64,000 bases of DNA from positions 25,340 through 89,339 of IMG/VR virus record IMGVR_UViG_3300012665_000817; one strand, written 5' to 3'. Position numbers and translations under genes: made by a program. Positions 1 to 10,117 of this stretch are shown here, piece by piece. Under the pieces are notes generated by a model. It ran no database searches and had not been told where the DNA came from. It saw nothing but the letters and a program-made list of their open reading frames with translations. How positions within the stretch are numbered: position 1 is the stretch's first letter; each line of letters opens with the position of its first letter. The DNA is from a virus (lineage: Duplodnaviria; Caudoviricetes).

Positions 1-414
1 CCTCGTGCTCGCCGCATTACTGGCGCATCTCCTCTCTACCCTCTTAGTGCTAACGATCTTTACGTTGGTGCAGATGGAACATCAAATATTTATTATTTCT
101 CAGAGATTGCAGCCGAGTTTATTGATGGAGATAACGCTTGGACAATCCTGACTAATGTTTCAGATATTAATAACAACACAACAACTGAAATTCCTAACGC
201 TGCTGTAATTGACCGTGTAGAAAATACGATCAGAGTAAGCGCTACATTTACACAAATTAATTCTATTATAGGTCCTCGTGATCCAGGAGTCTTGGACCTT
301 TACGCAGTTAGACCAAGTCTTGGAAACCCAGCAGTAAATGAAGTTGTTCACTTAGTCTCCAGTAACGTCATCGTTCAGCTGGGGGAAAGAACAGTTCCAA
401 TCTATACTGTGTAA
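1..414 (+). CDS. 5'-truncated virion (probable head-tail joining) protein
   Basis: Frame 1 is open from base 1 to TAA at 412-414 (PRARRITG...VPIYTV*). It lies directly upstream of the tail-completion-like genes. Function is inferred from position only. Confidence 0.6.
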   Translation, partial: PRARRITGASPLYPLSANDLYVGADGTSNIYYFSEIAAEFIDGDNAWTILTNVSDINNNTTTEIPNAAVIDRVENTIRVSATFTQINSIIGPRDPGVLDLYAVRPSLGNPAVNEVVHLVSSNVIVQLGERTVPIYTV

Positions 415-442
415 TACGACAACCTAAAGACAAGAGGACACT

Positions 443-952
443 ATGGCTACACCTATTAATACAGCAACTGTAGATGACTCAGCTAAAAATCTAGCTGCAC
501 TTATGCAAGGAGTTCTTGACTCCGTTATTAGTACATATGCATCATACACAATGCCTCTACCAGGTCGTAGATATTGGACTCTTGGGAACCCTTCTGTTGA
601 TTGTGAACAAGTTGTAGTTTCTCTACTTCAAATGTATATCGGCTCTCCTGGAGATGAAGCAACTGATCCTCGTAGATGTAACGATCCACGCAGCGCAACT
701 TTACTTGTTTCTGTATCTAGAGAAGTACCTACAGTTTCTATAAACGGTAAAGCTCCATCAGCAGATGATATTCAAGCTTTCTCGGAAATCTCTGCATATG
801 ATGCATGGATTCTTTTAGATAGCTCGCGGGCTTTAGACCAGTGGGCAACAGGTGGTTCTTTTGGTTTGGGAGTGATTGCAACTGTGGAGACCAATGCTCC
901 TGAAGGTGGATTTCAAACCGTGACCATGACAATCACTGTAGCGGTCCCATAA
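443..952 (+). CDS. putative tail terminator/completion protein
   Basis: 169-aa ORF with GAGG SD. It sits between a head-tail gene and an HK97 gp10-like gene, and its stop overlaps the next ATG (TAATG). Confidence 0.5.
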   Translation: MATPINTATVDDSAKNLAALMQGVLDSVISTYASYTMPLPGRRYWTLGNPSVDCEQVVVSLLQMYIGSPGDEATDPRRCNDPRSATLLVSVSREVPTVSINGKAPSADDIQAFSEISAYDAWILLDSSRALDQWATGGSFGLGVIATVETNAPEGGFQTVTMTITVAVP

Positions 953-1341
953 TGGCTAATGTAAGAATTAATTGGTTTGAAGCTCCTCTAGATAGACTAT
1001 TAAATCAACCTGGTGGAGAAGTCGGTAAATATTTACAAATAAAGGGAAATGAAATTCTTGCTTCTGCTCGAACAAGAGTCGGAGTGAGGACAGGAAGGTT
1101 AAGAGCCTCCCTACATATGAGACATATGAGAGATGCCAGAGGTCAATACCTTTGGATTGGATCAGATGTTTCCTATGCTTTGGACCATCACGAAGGCACA
1201 AAACCTCATGTGATAACTCCAAAAACTGGAAAAGTTCTTCGTTTTGTCTCAAGAGGAAGAATTGTTTACGCACATTCTGTAAAACATCCAGGTACAAGAG
1301 CAAACAGATACCTATCTGATGCTTTGAAAGACAAGATATAA
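952..1341 (+). CDS. HK97 gp10-like neck/tail completion protein
   Basis: Motifs GVRTGRLRASL and HHEGTKPHVI...KHPGTRANRYL are typical of this family in actinophages. Confidence 0.7.
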   Translation: MANVRINWFEAPLDRLLNQPGGEVGKYLQIKGNEILASARTRVGVRTGRLRASLHMRHMRDARGQYLWIGSDVSYALDHHEGTKPHVITPKTGKVLRFVSRGRIVYAHSVKHPGTRANRYLSDALKDKI

Positions 1342-1395
1342 TTATCTAACGATAACTACGAAAGTAGTACGTCAATGACAGAAAAGGAATAATAG

Positions 1396-1743
1396 ATGAC
1401 AACACGATTTAAAGATTTTGGTGATGGTGGAGTAATCAACTCGGAGCCATTAAATTTTAAACTGCACGGTCAAGATTTTGCATGTAAGCCAAACCTTCAA
1501 GGAAAAGCACTACTAGATATGGCATCAATGTCATCATCAGCAGACCCTGTTGTTTTGGCTCAGGGTATTAGTTTGTTCTTCAGCAAAGCACTTCAGGAAG
1601 AGAGCTATGCACGATTCCAAACACTACTTGATTCAGACAAAATTGTAACTGTTGAGTCTTTGGCAGAAATTGCTGGTTGGTTGGTGCAAGAGTATTCAAA
1701 CCGCCCGAACCAGGGGCCAGAGCAATCTGCGAGTGGGCAATAG
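1396..1743 (+). CDS. tail assembly chaperone (G-like)
   Basis: 115 aa, upstream of the tape measure gene. It ends WLVQEYSNRP... and overlaps a -1 frame ORF. Confidence 0.75.
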   Translation: MTTRFKDFGDGGVINSEPLNFKLHGQDFACKPNLQGKALLDMASMSSSADPVVLAQGISLFFSKALQEESYARFQTLLDSDKIVTVESLAEIAGWLVQEYSNRPNQGPEQSASGQ

Positions 1744-2126
1744 ACCTCTGGCCCTATGTAAATGGTAAAGCTTTGACTAACGGTATTAGATTAGAAGAAT
1801 TGGAGATTTCTGACATGTTAGATGTACTGCATTACTACATGGAAGAAGACTACAATTTTTCTAACGCAGACCAAGTCGATGCTAAATCAAGACTTAGAAA
1901 AACAATTTATAGAACAATGTATAATAAAGACTATAAATTTGGAAATGAAACTGAAAAAGACTTCTCGCTTCCTCAGGATTTTACTATTCAAGAAGAAGGG
2001 TCCACTCCTTCTCAGGAAGAAGATCCACTAAAAGGTCCTACGAAGTCTTATGTACGACCAACAGAGTTTAATCCTGATTCAGCAAAACCATTTGGAAATC
2101 TTTTAGACGCTCCATTCGAGCTCTAA
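1677..2126 (+). CDS. tail assembly chaperone extension (T-like), probably made by -1 frameshift
   Basis: The -1 frame is open from 1656 and overlaps the previous gene by about 88 nt. It has no SD or ATG start near its 5' end and lies directly before the TMP. Confidence 0.6.
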   Translation: MVGARVFKPPEPGARAICEWAIDLWPYVNGKALTNGIRLEELEISDMLDVLHYYMEEDYNFSNADQVDAKSRLRKTIYRTMYNKDYKFGNETEKDFSLPQDFTIQEEGSTPSQEEDPLKGPTKSYVRPTEFNPDSAKPFGNLLDAPFEL

Positions 2127-2154
2127 TCTAACTTAGTAACTAGGAGGTGATGGC

Positions 2155-5100
2155 ATGGCAGTTGTAGGTAGTGCAGAGATCTTTGTCCGTGCCGTCACAT
2201 CTGGGTTTAAAGATGATGTAAAAAGAGGTTTAAGCGGGCTAGATAACCTTGGTGACGAACAAGGTTCTTCTTTAGGAAACTCGTTTTCTAGAGCATTTAC
2301 CAGAAATGCTACTGGAAGCATTATGGATATGTTTAGTCAAGGATTTTCTCAGAGTCTTATGGACGCTAGAGAAGGTTTCAGAGCTCTAACAACACAAAGC
2401 TATGTAATGGGAGCTGCTCTCACAGCATTAGGTGGAACAGTTGGTGCTTTAGTTGGCGGTGTCGGTGTTCTCATTGGAATTGTTGGAGCTGCTAGTCCTG
2501 TCTTACTCGGTTTTGGAAACATATTAGGTGCTGTAGCAGTAGGTGCCTCTGTTTTAAAACAAGTATTTAAGGGTGTTGGCGAGGCAATTGGCAACCAGAG
2601 TAAGGGTGTTGATGCTGCTGGAGATGCAACAGAAAGATATAACGATGCTCTAGATGCACAGAATGATGCAACTTACGCATACAATCAACTTGTCAAAGAT
2701 CAAGCAAGAGCTCTTAAAGATTTAGAGGAAAGAAGAAACCAAGCAGCTGATGCTGTAGCAGATGCGACTATTGCTTCTGAAAGAGCAGAGCGTAACTACC
2801 AAGAATCAGTAAAAAACACTGAAAAAGCAATTCAAGATGTAACAAAAGCTCGTGAAGATGCTAAGGAAGCAATCCAACAACTTCGCTTCGAGCTTGAAGG
2901 CGGAGTTATTTCTGAAAAGAAAGCACGCCTTGAGTTTGAAAAGGCTCGTGACTCCCTACAGCGTGTTCAGGATCTTCCACCTAACTCTCGTGCTCGCCGT
3001 GAGGCTGAGCTTGCATTTGCTGAAGCAGATCTTAATCTTCGTAAAGCAATAGATAAAAATAACGACCTACGCAAAACAACAGCTAAAGCAAACAAAGCTG
3101 GGGTAGATGGCAGTGCACAAGTAATAGCTGCTGAAGAAAAATTAAAGAAAGCAAAAGAGGCTCAAGGCGATGCAGAGATAAATGCTGCAAAGGCCGTAAG
3201 AGGTGTTGTAGAAGCCAAGAAAGCCCTTAAAGAAATTGATGACTCTCTTCTAGCTGGTTCCGAAAGAGAGCTTGCAAATACTAGAGCGCTAGAGCTAGCT
3301 GCTCGGGCAGAGCGTGAAGCTATAGAAGATACTGCTAGAGCTAAAAAAGCCCTAGATGTTGTTATGGGAACTCCTGCAATCGCAATGTCCCCCGCTGCTA
3401 AAGAGTTTGTTGATTACATTGTTGGTCTTAAAGATAGACTTGAAGAGCTAAGACTTAAGCTTCAAGAAGAGTTTTTTAGTAAGTTTACTCCAGCAGTTAA
3501 AACACTAGCAGAGACATATCTTCCTATATTGGAAAGAGTTCTTCCAATTATTGCATCAGCTTTAGGAGATGTTGCAGCAAAGATAGCAGAGGTGTTTAAA
3601 GATCCTAAGGTAATTGAAGCTGTAACAAAAGTCCTTGATGCAATGGCTCCTATCATTCTTGCCCTTGGTGGTGGAGCAGCAAATCTTGCTGGAGGATTTG
3701 CTATTCTTCTTGGAGCGTTTTCTCCTTTTGCTGTTGAGTTTGCTAAGTATGTAGAAAACCTTACTAAAGGTTGGCTAGAAACAATAAAAATTAAAGAAGC
3801 AACAGGCGAGCTAGATGCAGCATTTAAAACAGCATCAGATGTCATGTACTCTCTATTTGCATCTATTGGAAACACCATCGGCGCAATCATGGGCGTTATC
3901 AAGGCTCTCTTTGTTGAGGGCGGTGCTGGTTGGTACTTCCTTGATTGGCTAGAGAAGGTAACTCAGGGGTGGGAAGACTTTACTAAGCTAGGAAACGAAA
4001 ACGGAACTTTACCTACCCTTCTCAAGGGGCTTACAGAGAACTTTACAAAGATTTTAGAAATTATTGGTCTCATCATCGGGGACCTTATCCTTATGGGAGC
4101 TACAGAAGGATTTGGTAAGTTCTTAGATAGCGTAAAAATAGCTGCAGCAAACTTTGGGGATATTGGAATAGCAATTTCTGAAAACGCACTTCCAGCTGTA
4201 GGAAGATTTATTGAAAAGTTCTCGGAACTGGCAAAGATATTTGTTGACCCGCTACCTATTGCAATTTTCTTTGATACCTTAGCTATCGCTATAGGTGTTG
4301 TAGTTGCTATTTTTGACAATGAATTTATGAGAGCAATTCTTGCTGTAACAGGAGCTATGCTAGCTTTTGGAATAGCAATAGAGTTGACTACTAAATCAGT
4401 AACATTTTTTGGAAAAGCAGTTATTGCTAATGCCCTTATGGGGATAGATAAATTCTTATCAGTGCTTCCTGGTGGAGGAAGAATTCTCACCTTCTTCCGT
4501 TCTGGTCTTACTGCTACTAGAGGTGCACTTCTTGGACTACAGGGAGCTACCCTAGCTGCTGCTGCACCATTTTTAATTGTAGTAGCAGCTATAGCAGCTG
4601 TAATTGCTATCTTGGTTATAGCCTACAACAAGAGCGAGATTCTTAGAGAAGCACTAAAAGATTTTGTAGATGGAGTTTTAGGTGCTCTCAAGGAGGGCTG
4701 GGATAAGATCAAACTAGCTCTTAAAGATGCCATGCCATTTATTGACGGTGTCACGGATGGGTTTAAGGCTTTAGGTGACTTCTTAGGTAAGTATATTGTC
4801 CCATTCTTCAAGGAAGTATTGATAATTGCAATTAACCTAGTGGTAGATGTAATTATTGGCTTGATTAAGGTAGTTAAGGGAATCTGGGACGCATTCACAA
4901 CAGGAAACCCACTTGCTGTAATTAAAGCATTATTTGATGCAGTACTAGGTGTAATTAAAGGATTCCTCACAAATATTGCAAAAGCTTTTGGTTTTAAACT
5001 CTCATGGGCTTGGCTAACTGATGGATTGGAAGATGCAGTCAACTTTATTGCAAAGGGAATAAATAAAGTATCTGAAACTCTTAATAAAGCAATTGACGGG

Positions 5101-5421
5101 TTTAATAAAATAAACCCGTTCAAAGATGTTCCAAAGATTCCTATGATTTCAGTTCCAATAAAGCTAGCAAAGGGTGGAATTGTCCCAGCTACATCGGGAG
5201 GAATGCTTGCAACAATTGGTGAAGCAGGTCGTCCAGAGCGTGTAGAGCCTTTGGACCCTAGCGGGCTATCTAAGCGTGACAGAGCTATGATTGAGATGCT
5301 TGCTGGACCTGCTGGAGGTATCAATATAACTATTAATCCTTCTCAGGGTATGGATGAGCGTGAGCTTGCTGCACTCGTATCTCGTCAACTTGCATTCCAA
5401 CTTCGTAAAGGTGCTGCATAA
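2155..5421 (+). CDS. tape measure protein
   Basis: 1088 aa, Ala/Gly-rich with a coiled-coil then amphipathic helical region. C-terminal LAKGGIV...IGEAGRPERVEPL motif and AGGAGG SD. Confidence 0.92.
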   Translation: MAVVGSAEIFVRAVTSGFKDDVKRGLSGLDNLGDEQGSSLGNSFSRAFTRNATGSIMDMFSQGFSQSLMDAREGFRALTTQSYVMGAALTALGGTVGALVGGVGVLIGIVGAASPVLLGFGNILGAVAVGASVLKQVFKGVGEAIGNQSKGVDAAGDATERYNDALDAQNDATYAYNQLVKDQARALKDLEERRNQAADAVADATIASERAERNYQESVKNTEKAIQDVTKAREDAKEAIQQLRFELEGGVISEKKARLEFEKARDSLQRVQDLPPNSRARREAELAFAEADLNLRKAIDKNNDLRKTTAKANKAGVDGSAQVIAAEEKLKKAKEAQGDAEINAAKAVRGVVEAKKALKEIDDSLLAGSERELANTRALELAARAEREAIEDTARAKKALDVVMGTPAIAMSPAAKEFVDYIVGLKDRLEELRLKLQEEFFSKFTPAVKTLAETYLPILERVLPIIASALGDVAAKIAEVFKDPKVIEAVTKVLDAMAPIILALGGGAANLAGGFAILLGAFSPFAVEFAKYVENLTKGWLETIKIKEATGELDAAFKTASDVMYSLFASIGNTIGAIMGVIKALFVEGGAGWYFLDWLEKVTQGWEDFTKLGNENGTLPTLLKGLTENFTKILEIIGLIIGDLILMGATEGFGKFLDSVKIAAANFGDIGIAISENALPAVGRFIEKFSELAKIFVDPLPIAIFFDTLAIAIGVVVAIFDNEFMRAILAVTGAMLAFGIAIELTTKSVTFFGKAVIANALMGIDKFLSVLPGGGRILTFFRSGLTATRGALLGLQGATLAAAAPFLIVVAAIAAVIAILVIAYNKSEILREALKDFVDGVLGALKEGWDKIKLALKDAMPFIDGVTDGFKALGDFLGKYIVPFFKEVLIIAINLVVDVIIGLIKVVKGIWDAFTTGNPLAVIKALFDAVLGVIKGFLTNIAKAFGFKLSWAWLTDGLEDAVNFIAKGINKVSETLNKAIDGFNKINPFKDVPKIPMISVPIKLAKGGIVPATSGGMLATIGEAGRPERVEPLDPSGLSKRDRAMIEMLAGPAGGINITINPSQGMDERELAALVSRQLAFQLRKGAA

Positions 5422-8006
5422 TGTCAGAAGTTTATAATCAAGCACAGGAAAATAACTTTGTTGACCGTGGGTTAATCCCGCTTCCACAGCCTCACCTGAC
5501 TGGTATGAAGCTCAAGGCAGATATTGTCCTTGGTGACTTTGTATTCAACACTATCGACGAATACGGTGTTACTTGGGTTATCACTGACATCAGTGGTTGG
5601 TGGAACCATCCAGAACCAGATATGCCATCAATTCCTCGTGGTTTTGGAGATGGTGATTACGATATTAAAGGAAGATACAACGCTCGAATATTGACACTCT
5701 CTGGATCTTTCCTAACTCCAACACCTGACTTGGTTGAGGCAGCCCGTGATCGTCTTATCGCTGCTACAGATCTTGTGTACAAGGGAGCATGGCTAAAAAC
5801 AGGTGTTAATAATAAACGTGCTTCTTTTGTACGTCTTAGTGGTGCTCCTCAGATTCAAACAGTAACTGCAAGAGGAAAGACAGAGTTTTCTATTGGATTA
5901 AAAGCAGCAAACCCTCTTAAGTTCTCGTGGGATGACTCGGAGCCAGACGGATACGACATTATTGAAATCCCTGCTGCAAACCGTGATACTGCTGCTACAG
6001 GTGTATTGTCTATTACCAATAATGGAAATGTAGACACCCCGATTGAGCTAGAGATAAATGGACCGATTACTGGACCTGCTCGAGTCTACAATAAAACAAC
6101 TGATAAGTTGCTATACATAGTTTCTTCACTAAGAGGAAGATTAAACTCTTCTATCGAGAATAAACAAGTATCCTTTGATGTAGATACTCTAGAAGATATC
6201 GCAACACTCACGACAAGAACGAACCACGGTTTGCTTGTAGGAGACCTTGTAGAGATCAGTGGATTGTCAGAATCATATCTTAATGGAGATTTTACTGTCA
6301 CTGCTGTCCCAACAAATACAACTTTTTCTTTTAGTTTGTTTCCCAATATCTCCTCTATTGAGAGCATCGTATCTAAAAAACTTTCAAACAACATTGCAAC
6401 CATAACAACAAGAACAAACCATAATTTTGTAACTAACGACTCGATTACTGTTCAAGGTGTTGATACTGTCTTTAATGGTACCTATAGAATCACATCGACC
6501 CCTACAGCAACAAGTTTTACTTATGCAAAGAATAGAGTTCCACCTAGAGTTGTTACTGGAGCTATTTTAATTTCCAATATTGCAACTCTTACTACCAGCG
6601 AAGCTCATCAATTTATCGAGGGTGAGTCAGTAACTATTTCTGGTATAAATATTAACTATAATGGAACATACATTATTACAAGTATTGACTCTCCTACAAC
6701 ATTTAGCTATGCACTTACAAGAACAAACAGTAAGGCAATAACCACGAAGCAAATGTCTTCTGACATTGCGTCGATCACTATGGGAGCAGAGCACGGATTT
6801 GTTGCTGGAGAAAATGTATCCATATCTGGACTAGATGACACTTTTGATGGAACTTATAAAATACTTTCCGTTCCTACATCTACCTCATTTACATATAAAA
6901 TTGAAAGATCTACTGTAAACACAGCTGCTATCAGATCTATATTCTCTGGAGTTGCAACAATAACTTTAGCTTCTGACCATGGATTTAGTCTTGGAGAGCA
7001 AGTATTTGTATCTGACGTGGGTGCAAATTATGATGGAACATATACAATTACTCAGATACCTTCTAGTACAACTTTTAGCTACGCTAAAGCTGCAGCCGAT
7101 GAAACAGCGATTTTAGTTACTACTGGAACAGTCATTCCAGTAAGAAGAGCTGTAGTTGCACGACAGCTTATTGGAGGAGTTGCAACACTAACTACTTCTT
7201 CAGGTCACGGATTCCTTACTGGAGAAACAGTAACCGTTTCTTCTATGGGCACATCATTTGATGGGTCATATGTAGTAACATCGGTACCAAGCACAAACAC
7301 CTTTACATATAGTAAAGCTAGTGCAAACGTTGCCTATAGTATTGCTGGGGCTGGTATAACTTCTAGAGCGCAGTCTGGTACTACAGCAAGTGTTATTACA
7401 GCTAATGCTCATAATTTTACTAACGGACAGTATGTAACGATCAATAATATGGATTCTGCTGCATCTGCATTAAATGGAACATATATAGTTACCGTTACAG
7501 GTGCGACAACATTTACCTACACAGTTGGAACTTCTGCAACTATTGCAGCTGGTCCAGCAAGCGGTGCGACTCCATATGCAACTGGAGGATTTGCATTAGC
7601 TTCTAGATCTATACCATCTGCTGCTGATTCAGGTTCAGCAGTTGTATCTGGAAGTCTACCTTTCACAGCTATCAACGGTTCTGCATCAGTCTCTGCTGAT
7701 ATTTTAAGCGAAGTAGGCGGGGAGATTGAAAGCTCTGGAGTAGCTATTAGAAAGAACGAAGTTGTTTTTACTCCTGGTATTTCTGGAGCATCTGTGGATT
7801 TCGGACCAGATATTTTAGAAATAAACACCTTAACCAGAGATGTGTTTCTAAATGGAAGCTACGAAAATGCAAGAGCAAAATTAGATGTACTAACTGATTT
7901 TTTCTTCTTACAACCAGGTAATAACGAAATAGAGTTTATTGATGAAAAGAACTCTGTAAGTAGATCTTTGCTTAGAGTTTATTATAGGTCTGCTTGGCTG
8001 GGATAA
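5421..8006 (+). CDS. distal tail protein (Dit) with 7 inserted beta-repeat domains
   Basis: Follows the TMP. Dit-like N-terminus (DEYGVTWVITDISGWW...ARILTLSG) and C-terminus (FFLQPGNNEIEF...RSAWLG) flank tandem AT(L/I)T...HGF..G..V.I.G....NG.Y.IT.V.....F.Y repeats. Confidence 0.8.
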   Translation: MSEVYNQAQENNFVDRGLIPLPQPHLTGMKLKADIVLGDFVFNTIDEYGVTWVITDISGWWNHPEPDMPSIPRGFGDGDYDIKGRYNARILTLSGSFLTPTPDLVEAARDRLIAATDLVYKGAWLKTGVNNKRASFVRLSGAPQIQTVTARGKTEFSIGLKAANPLKFSWDDSEPDGYDIIEIPAANRDTAATGVLSITNNGNVDTPIELEINGPITGPARVYNKTTDKLLYIVSSLRGRLNSSIENKQVSFDVDTLEDIATLTTRTNHGLLVGDLVEISGLSESYLNGDFTVTAVPTNTTFSFSLFPNISSIESIVSKKLSNNIATITTRTNHNFVTNDSITVQGVDTVFNGTYRITSTPTATSFTYAKNRVPPRVVTGAILISNIATLTTSEAHQFIEGESVTISGININYNGTYIITSIDSPTTFSYALTRTNSKAITTKQMSSDIASITMGAEHGFVAGENVSISGLDDTFDGTYKILSVPTSTSFTYKIERSTVNTAAIRSIFSGVATITLASDHGFSLGEQVFVSDVGANYDGTYTITQIPSSTTFSYAKAAADETAILVTTGTVIPVRRAVVARQLIGGVATLTTSSGHGFLTGETVTVSSMGTSFDGSYVVTSVPSTNTFTYSKASANVAYSIAGAGITSRAQSGTTASVITANAHNFTNGQYVTINNMDSAASALNGTYIVTVTGATTFTYTVGTSATIAAGPASGATPYATGGFALASRSIPSAADSGSAVVSGSLPFTAINGSASVSADILSEVGGEIESSGVAIRKNEVVFTPGISGASVDFGPDILEINTLTRDVFLNGSYENARAKLDVLTDFFFLQPGNNEIEFIDEKNSVSRSLLRVYYRSAWLG
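6201..7525 (+). repeat. 7 tandem degenerate beta-barrel repeats inside Dit
   Basis: His cores HGLLVGD, HNFVTND, HQFIEGE, HGFVAGE, HGFSLGE, HGFLTGE and HNFTNGQ, each followed by (N/D)G.(Y/F) and (T/S)F(S/T)(Y/F). Confidence 0.8.
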
Positions 8007-8032
8007 AAAACATGAAAGAGAGACAATAGACA

Positions 8033-10117
8033 ATGGCATCGGTTACCTCATCTGACCCATCTGTAACAGATGTAAAGTACAGATACTTTTTAACAGACCT
8101 AGTAAGTAACTCTGTAATTGCAGAACTCCCATTTACTGGTGTCTCTTATCAAAGAGTCTTAAGAAAAGCAGGAACTTTTACTGGAAACATCCCACTAATT
8201 GCTGCAACTAGTAGATTAAATATCTACGATGCAACAATGCCAGGAAGAACTGGCGTATATGTCATGCGTAACGATGTATGTGTCTGGGGCGGAATTATTT
8301 GGGGTAGAAAATACGATCAAGCAAGCAAAACAGTAAGCATTGACGCATCAGAGTTTACAAGTTACTTTTATCATAGACATGTGTGGCAGACACTTCTTTA
8401 TGGCTCTGATTTTATCGGGATATCTTCTTTTTCTATTACAAATAAAGTTGCAACAGTTATTACTGAAGAGCCTATCAGCATCGATCCAACAAGATTTAGA
8501 GTTGGTAACTATGTAAAAATTACTTTTACGAATCCTGTAGTTGACGGTACTCATCAAATAGCTAGCATAACTTCTGCTAATAGTTTTACTTTTGCTGTTG
8601 ACTACCCAAATGTTACATCGACAGCTGTAACCAGTGGTGCCGTAAGAAAACTAATCGACACCTATGATTTTGTAAGAGACCTTATGTTTCAGCTCTCTAC
8701 AGATATGTCTGGTCTAAACTTTGCAAATGATGTAATTGAGCCAGCAGCTATTCAAGAAGTATCGATTATATCTAAAAAGAGAGATAACGGAAGAGTAGTT
8801 CTTGAGACCCTAGAAGAACACAGTTTGGTTCCCGGCCAAGAGTTTGAAATTATTCAAGTTGGTTCTGGCTTAGATGGCTACCATACTGTTACTGAAGTCC
8901 CTGATAATAATAATATAGTTTTTGAATTATCTGGTTCAAACATTTCAAAGGCGACTTTGTCTGGAATTAAAACTTTTTATGTGACTAAGAAAAAACTACA
9001 ATCTAACGTTGCAACATTGACAACACACCTACCTCATGGTGCAGCTGTGGGACAAGTAGTTGTAGTTAACAATGTGGACTCCTTCTTTAGTCAGAGACTA
9101 GACGAAAATTTTAATGGTAGATATACAATAACTTCTACACCCACACCAACAACTTTTACATATGATCAGCCAAGCCCAGAGGGAAGATTTTACCCAGACA
9201 TTGCAGAAGTTACAGTCTCTGGTGGAACTGTCACTCTAGGTAGTAAAGCAGTCTACGGAACTTTTGGACCTTACACAAGCAACTCAGATCTAGGAATTAC
9301 CGTTGGCTCAAATAAAACTAGCGGGCTATATCAAGATACACAGTATCTAAGAGGTTACGAGCTTAAAACTTTTGGTGAGATTTTAGAAGATTACTCCGAC
9401 AACCTAGATGGTTTTGAATATCGTATTGATTGTGACTACGACTTCACTACCGCATCTTTTACTAGGACTTTAGTTCTTATGAACATTGAAAACCCTAACG
9501 AGATTACGGTCAGCCCTGATATGTCGGATGCTGAAAGATTAGGGTTTAACAGTCTTGTCTTTGAGTATCCAGGTAGTATCTCTACTTTTACAGTAGAAGA
9601 AAGCGCTGAAGATGCTGCAACTAGATTTTTTGTAGAAGGCAACATTACAGATCTTTCTGACGCTGCAAGCCAACCATATGCTGTGGCAGCAGATACATCT
9701 CTATTAAACAACTCTTTAGGAAAGAGCTGGCCTTTACTTGATCAAGTCGAAATGGTAAATAACACTGCTGACGAAGATGTTTTATATTCTTATGCTCAGG
9801 AATATCTCTACGAATCAAAGCCCCCTATGGGAGACTTTAGTGTCAGGGTTAATGGATCTTTAAACCCTGTTGTCGGGACATATGTTCCCGGTCAGTGGTG
9901 TTCTTTGATTATTGATGATCCTTTTGTTCTTGCACGACTAGCTAGTGATCAAGAACCAAGAAGTGACATCATCGTGAGAAAAATTAATTCATATAAAGTA
10001 TCTGTGCCAGATGCCCCTTCTTTCCCAGAAACAGTAGATCTTGAACTTATTACTGACTGGAAGGTTGATAAAGCTGGAGAAGTAGCTGGACTTAAAAAGA
10101 CAACAGGAGGAAACTAA
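8033..10117 (+). CDS. baseplate hub/Tal-like minor tail protein (ReqiPepy6 gp37-like) with inserted repeats
   Basis: Follows Dit. N-terminal YRYFLTDL...ELPF..VSY.R.L..AG.F.G and VWGGIIWGR motifs, plus three copies of the Dit-type repeat. Confidence 0.75.
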   Translation: MASVTSSDPSVTDVKYRYFLTDLVSNSVIAELPFTGVSYQRVLRKAGTFTGNIPLIAATSRLNIYDATMPGRTGVYVMRNDVCVWGGIIWGRKYDQASKTVSIDASEFTSYFYHRHVWQTLLYGSDFIGISSFSITNKVATVITEEPISIDPTRFRVGNYVKITFTNPVVDGTHQIASITSANSFTFAVDYPNVTSTAVTSGAVRKLIDTYDFVRDLMFQLSTDMSGLNFANDVIEPAAIQEVSIISKKRDNGRVVLETLEEHSLVPGQEFEIIQVGSGLDGYHTVTEVPDNNNIVFELSGSNISKATLSGIKTFYVTKKKLQSNVATLTTHLPHGAAVGQVVVVNNVDSFFSQRLDENFNGRYTITSTPTPTTFTYDQPSPEGRFYPDIAEVTVSGGTVTLGSKAVYGTFGPYTSNSDLGITVGSNKTSGLYQDTQYLRGYELKTFGEILEDYSDNLDGFEYRIDCDYDFTTASFTRTLVLMNIENPNEITVSPDMSDAERLGFNSLVFEYPGSISTFTVEESAEDAATRFFVEGNITDLSDAASQPYAVAADTSLLNNSLGKSWPLLDQVEMVNNTADEDVLYSYAQEYLYESKPPMGDFSVRVNGSLNPVVGTYVPGQWCSLIIDDPFVLARLASDQEPRSDIIVRKINSYKVSVPDAPSFPETVDLELITDWKVDKAGEVAGLKKTTGGN

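Noticed and set aside
1355-1368. ACTAC-GAAA-GTAGT hairpin
   Set aside because: Only 5 bp with no U-tract, too weak to call.
3462-5324. Long minus-strand ORFs inside the tape measure gene
   Set aside because: Antisense shadows of an Ala/Ile-rich gene, with no recognisable motifs.
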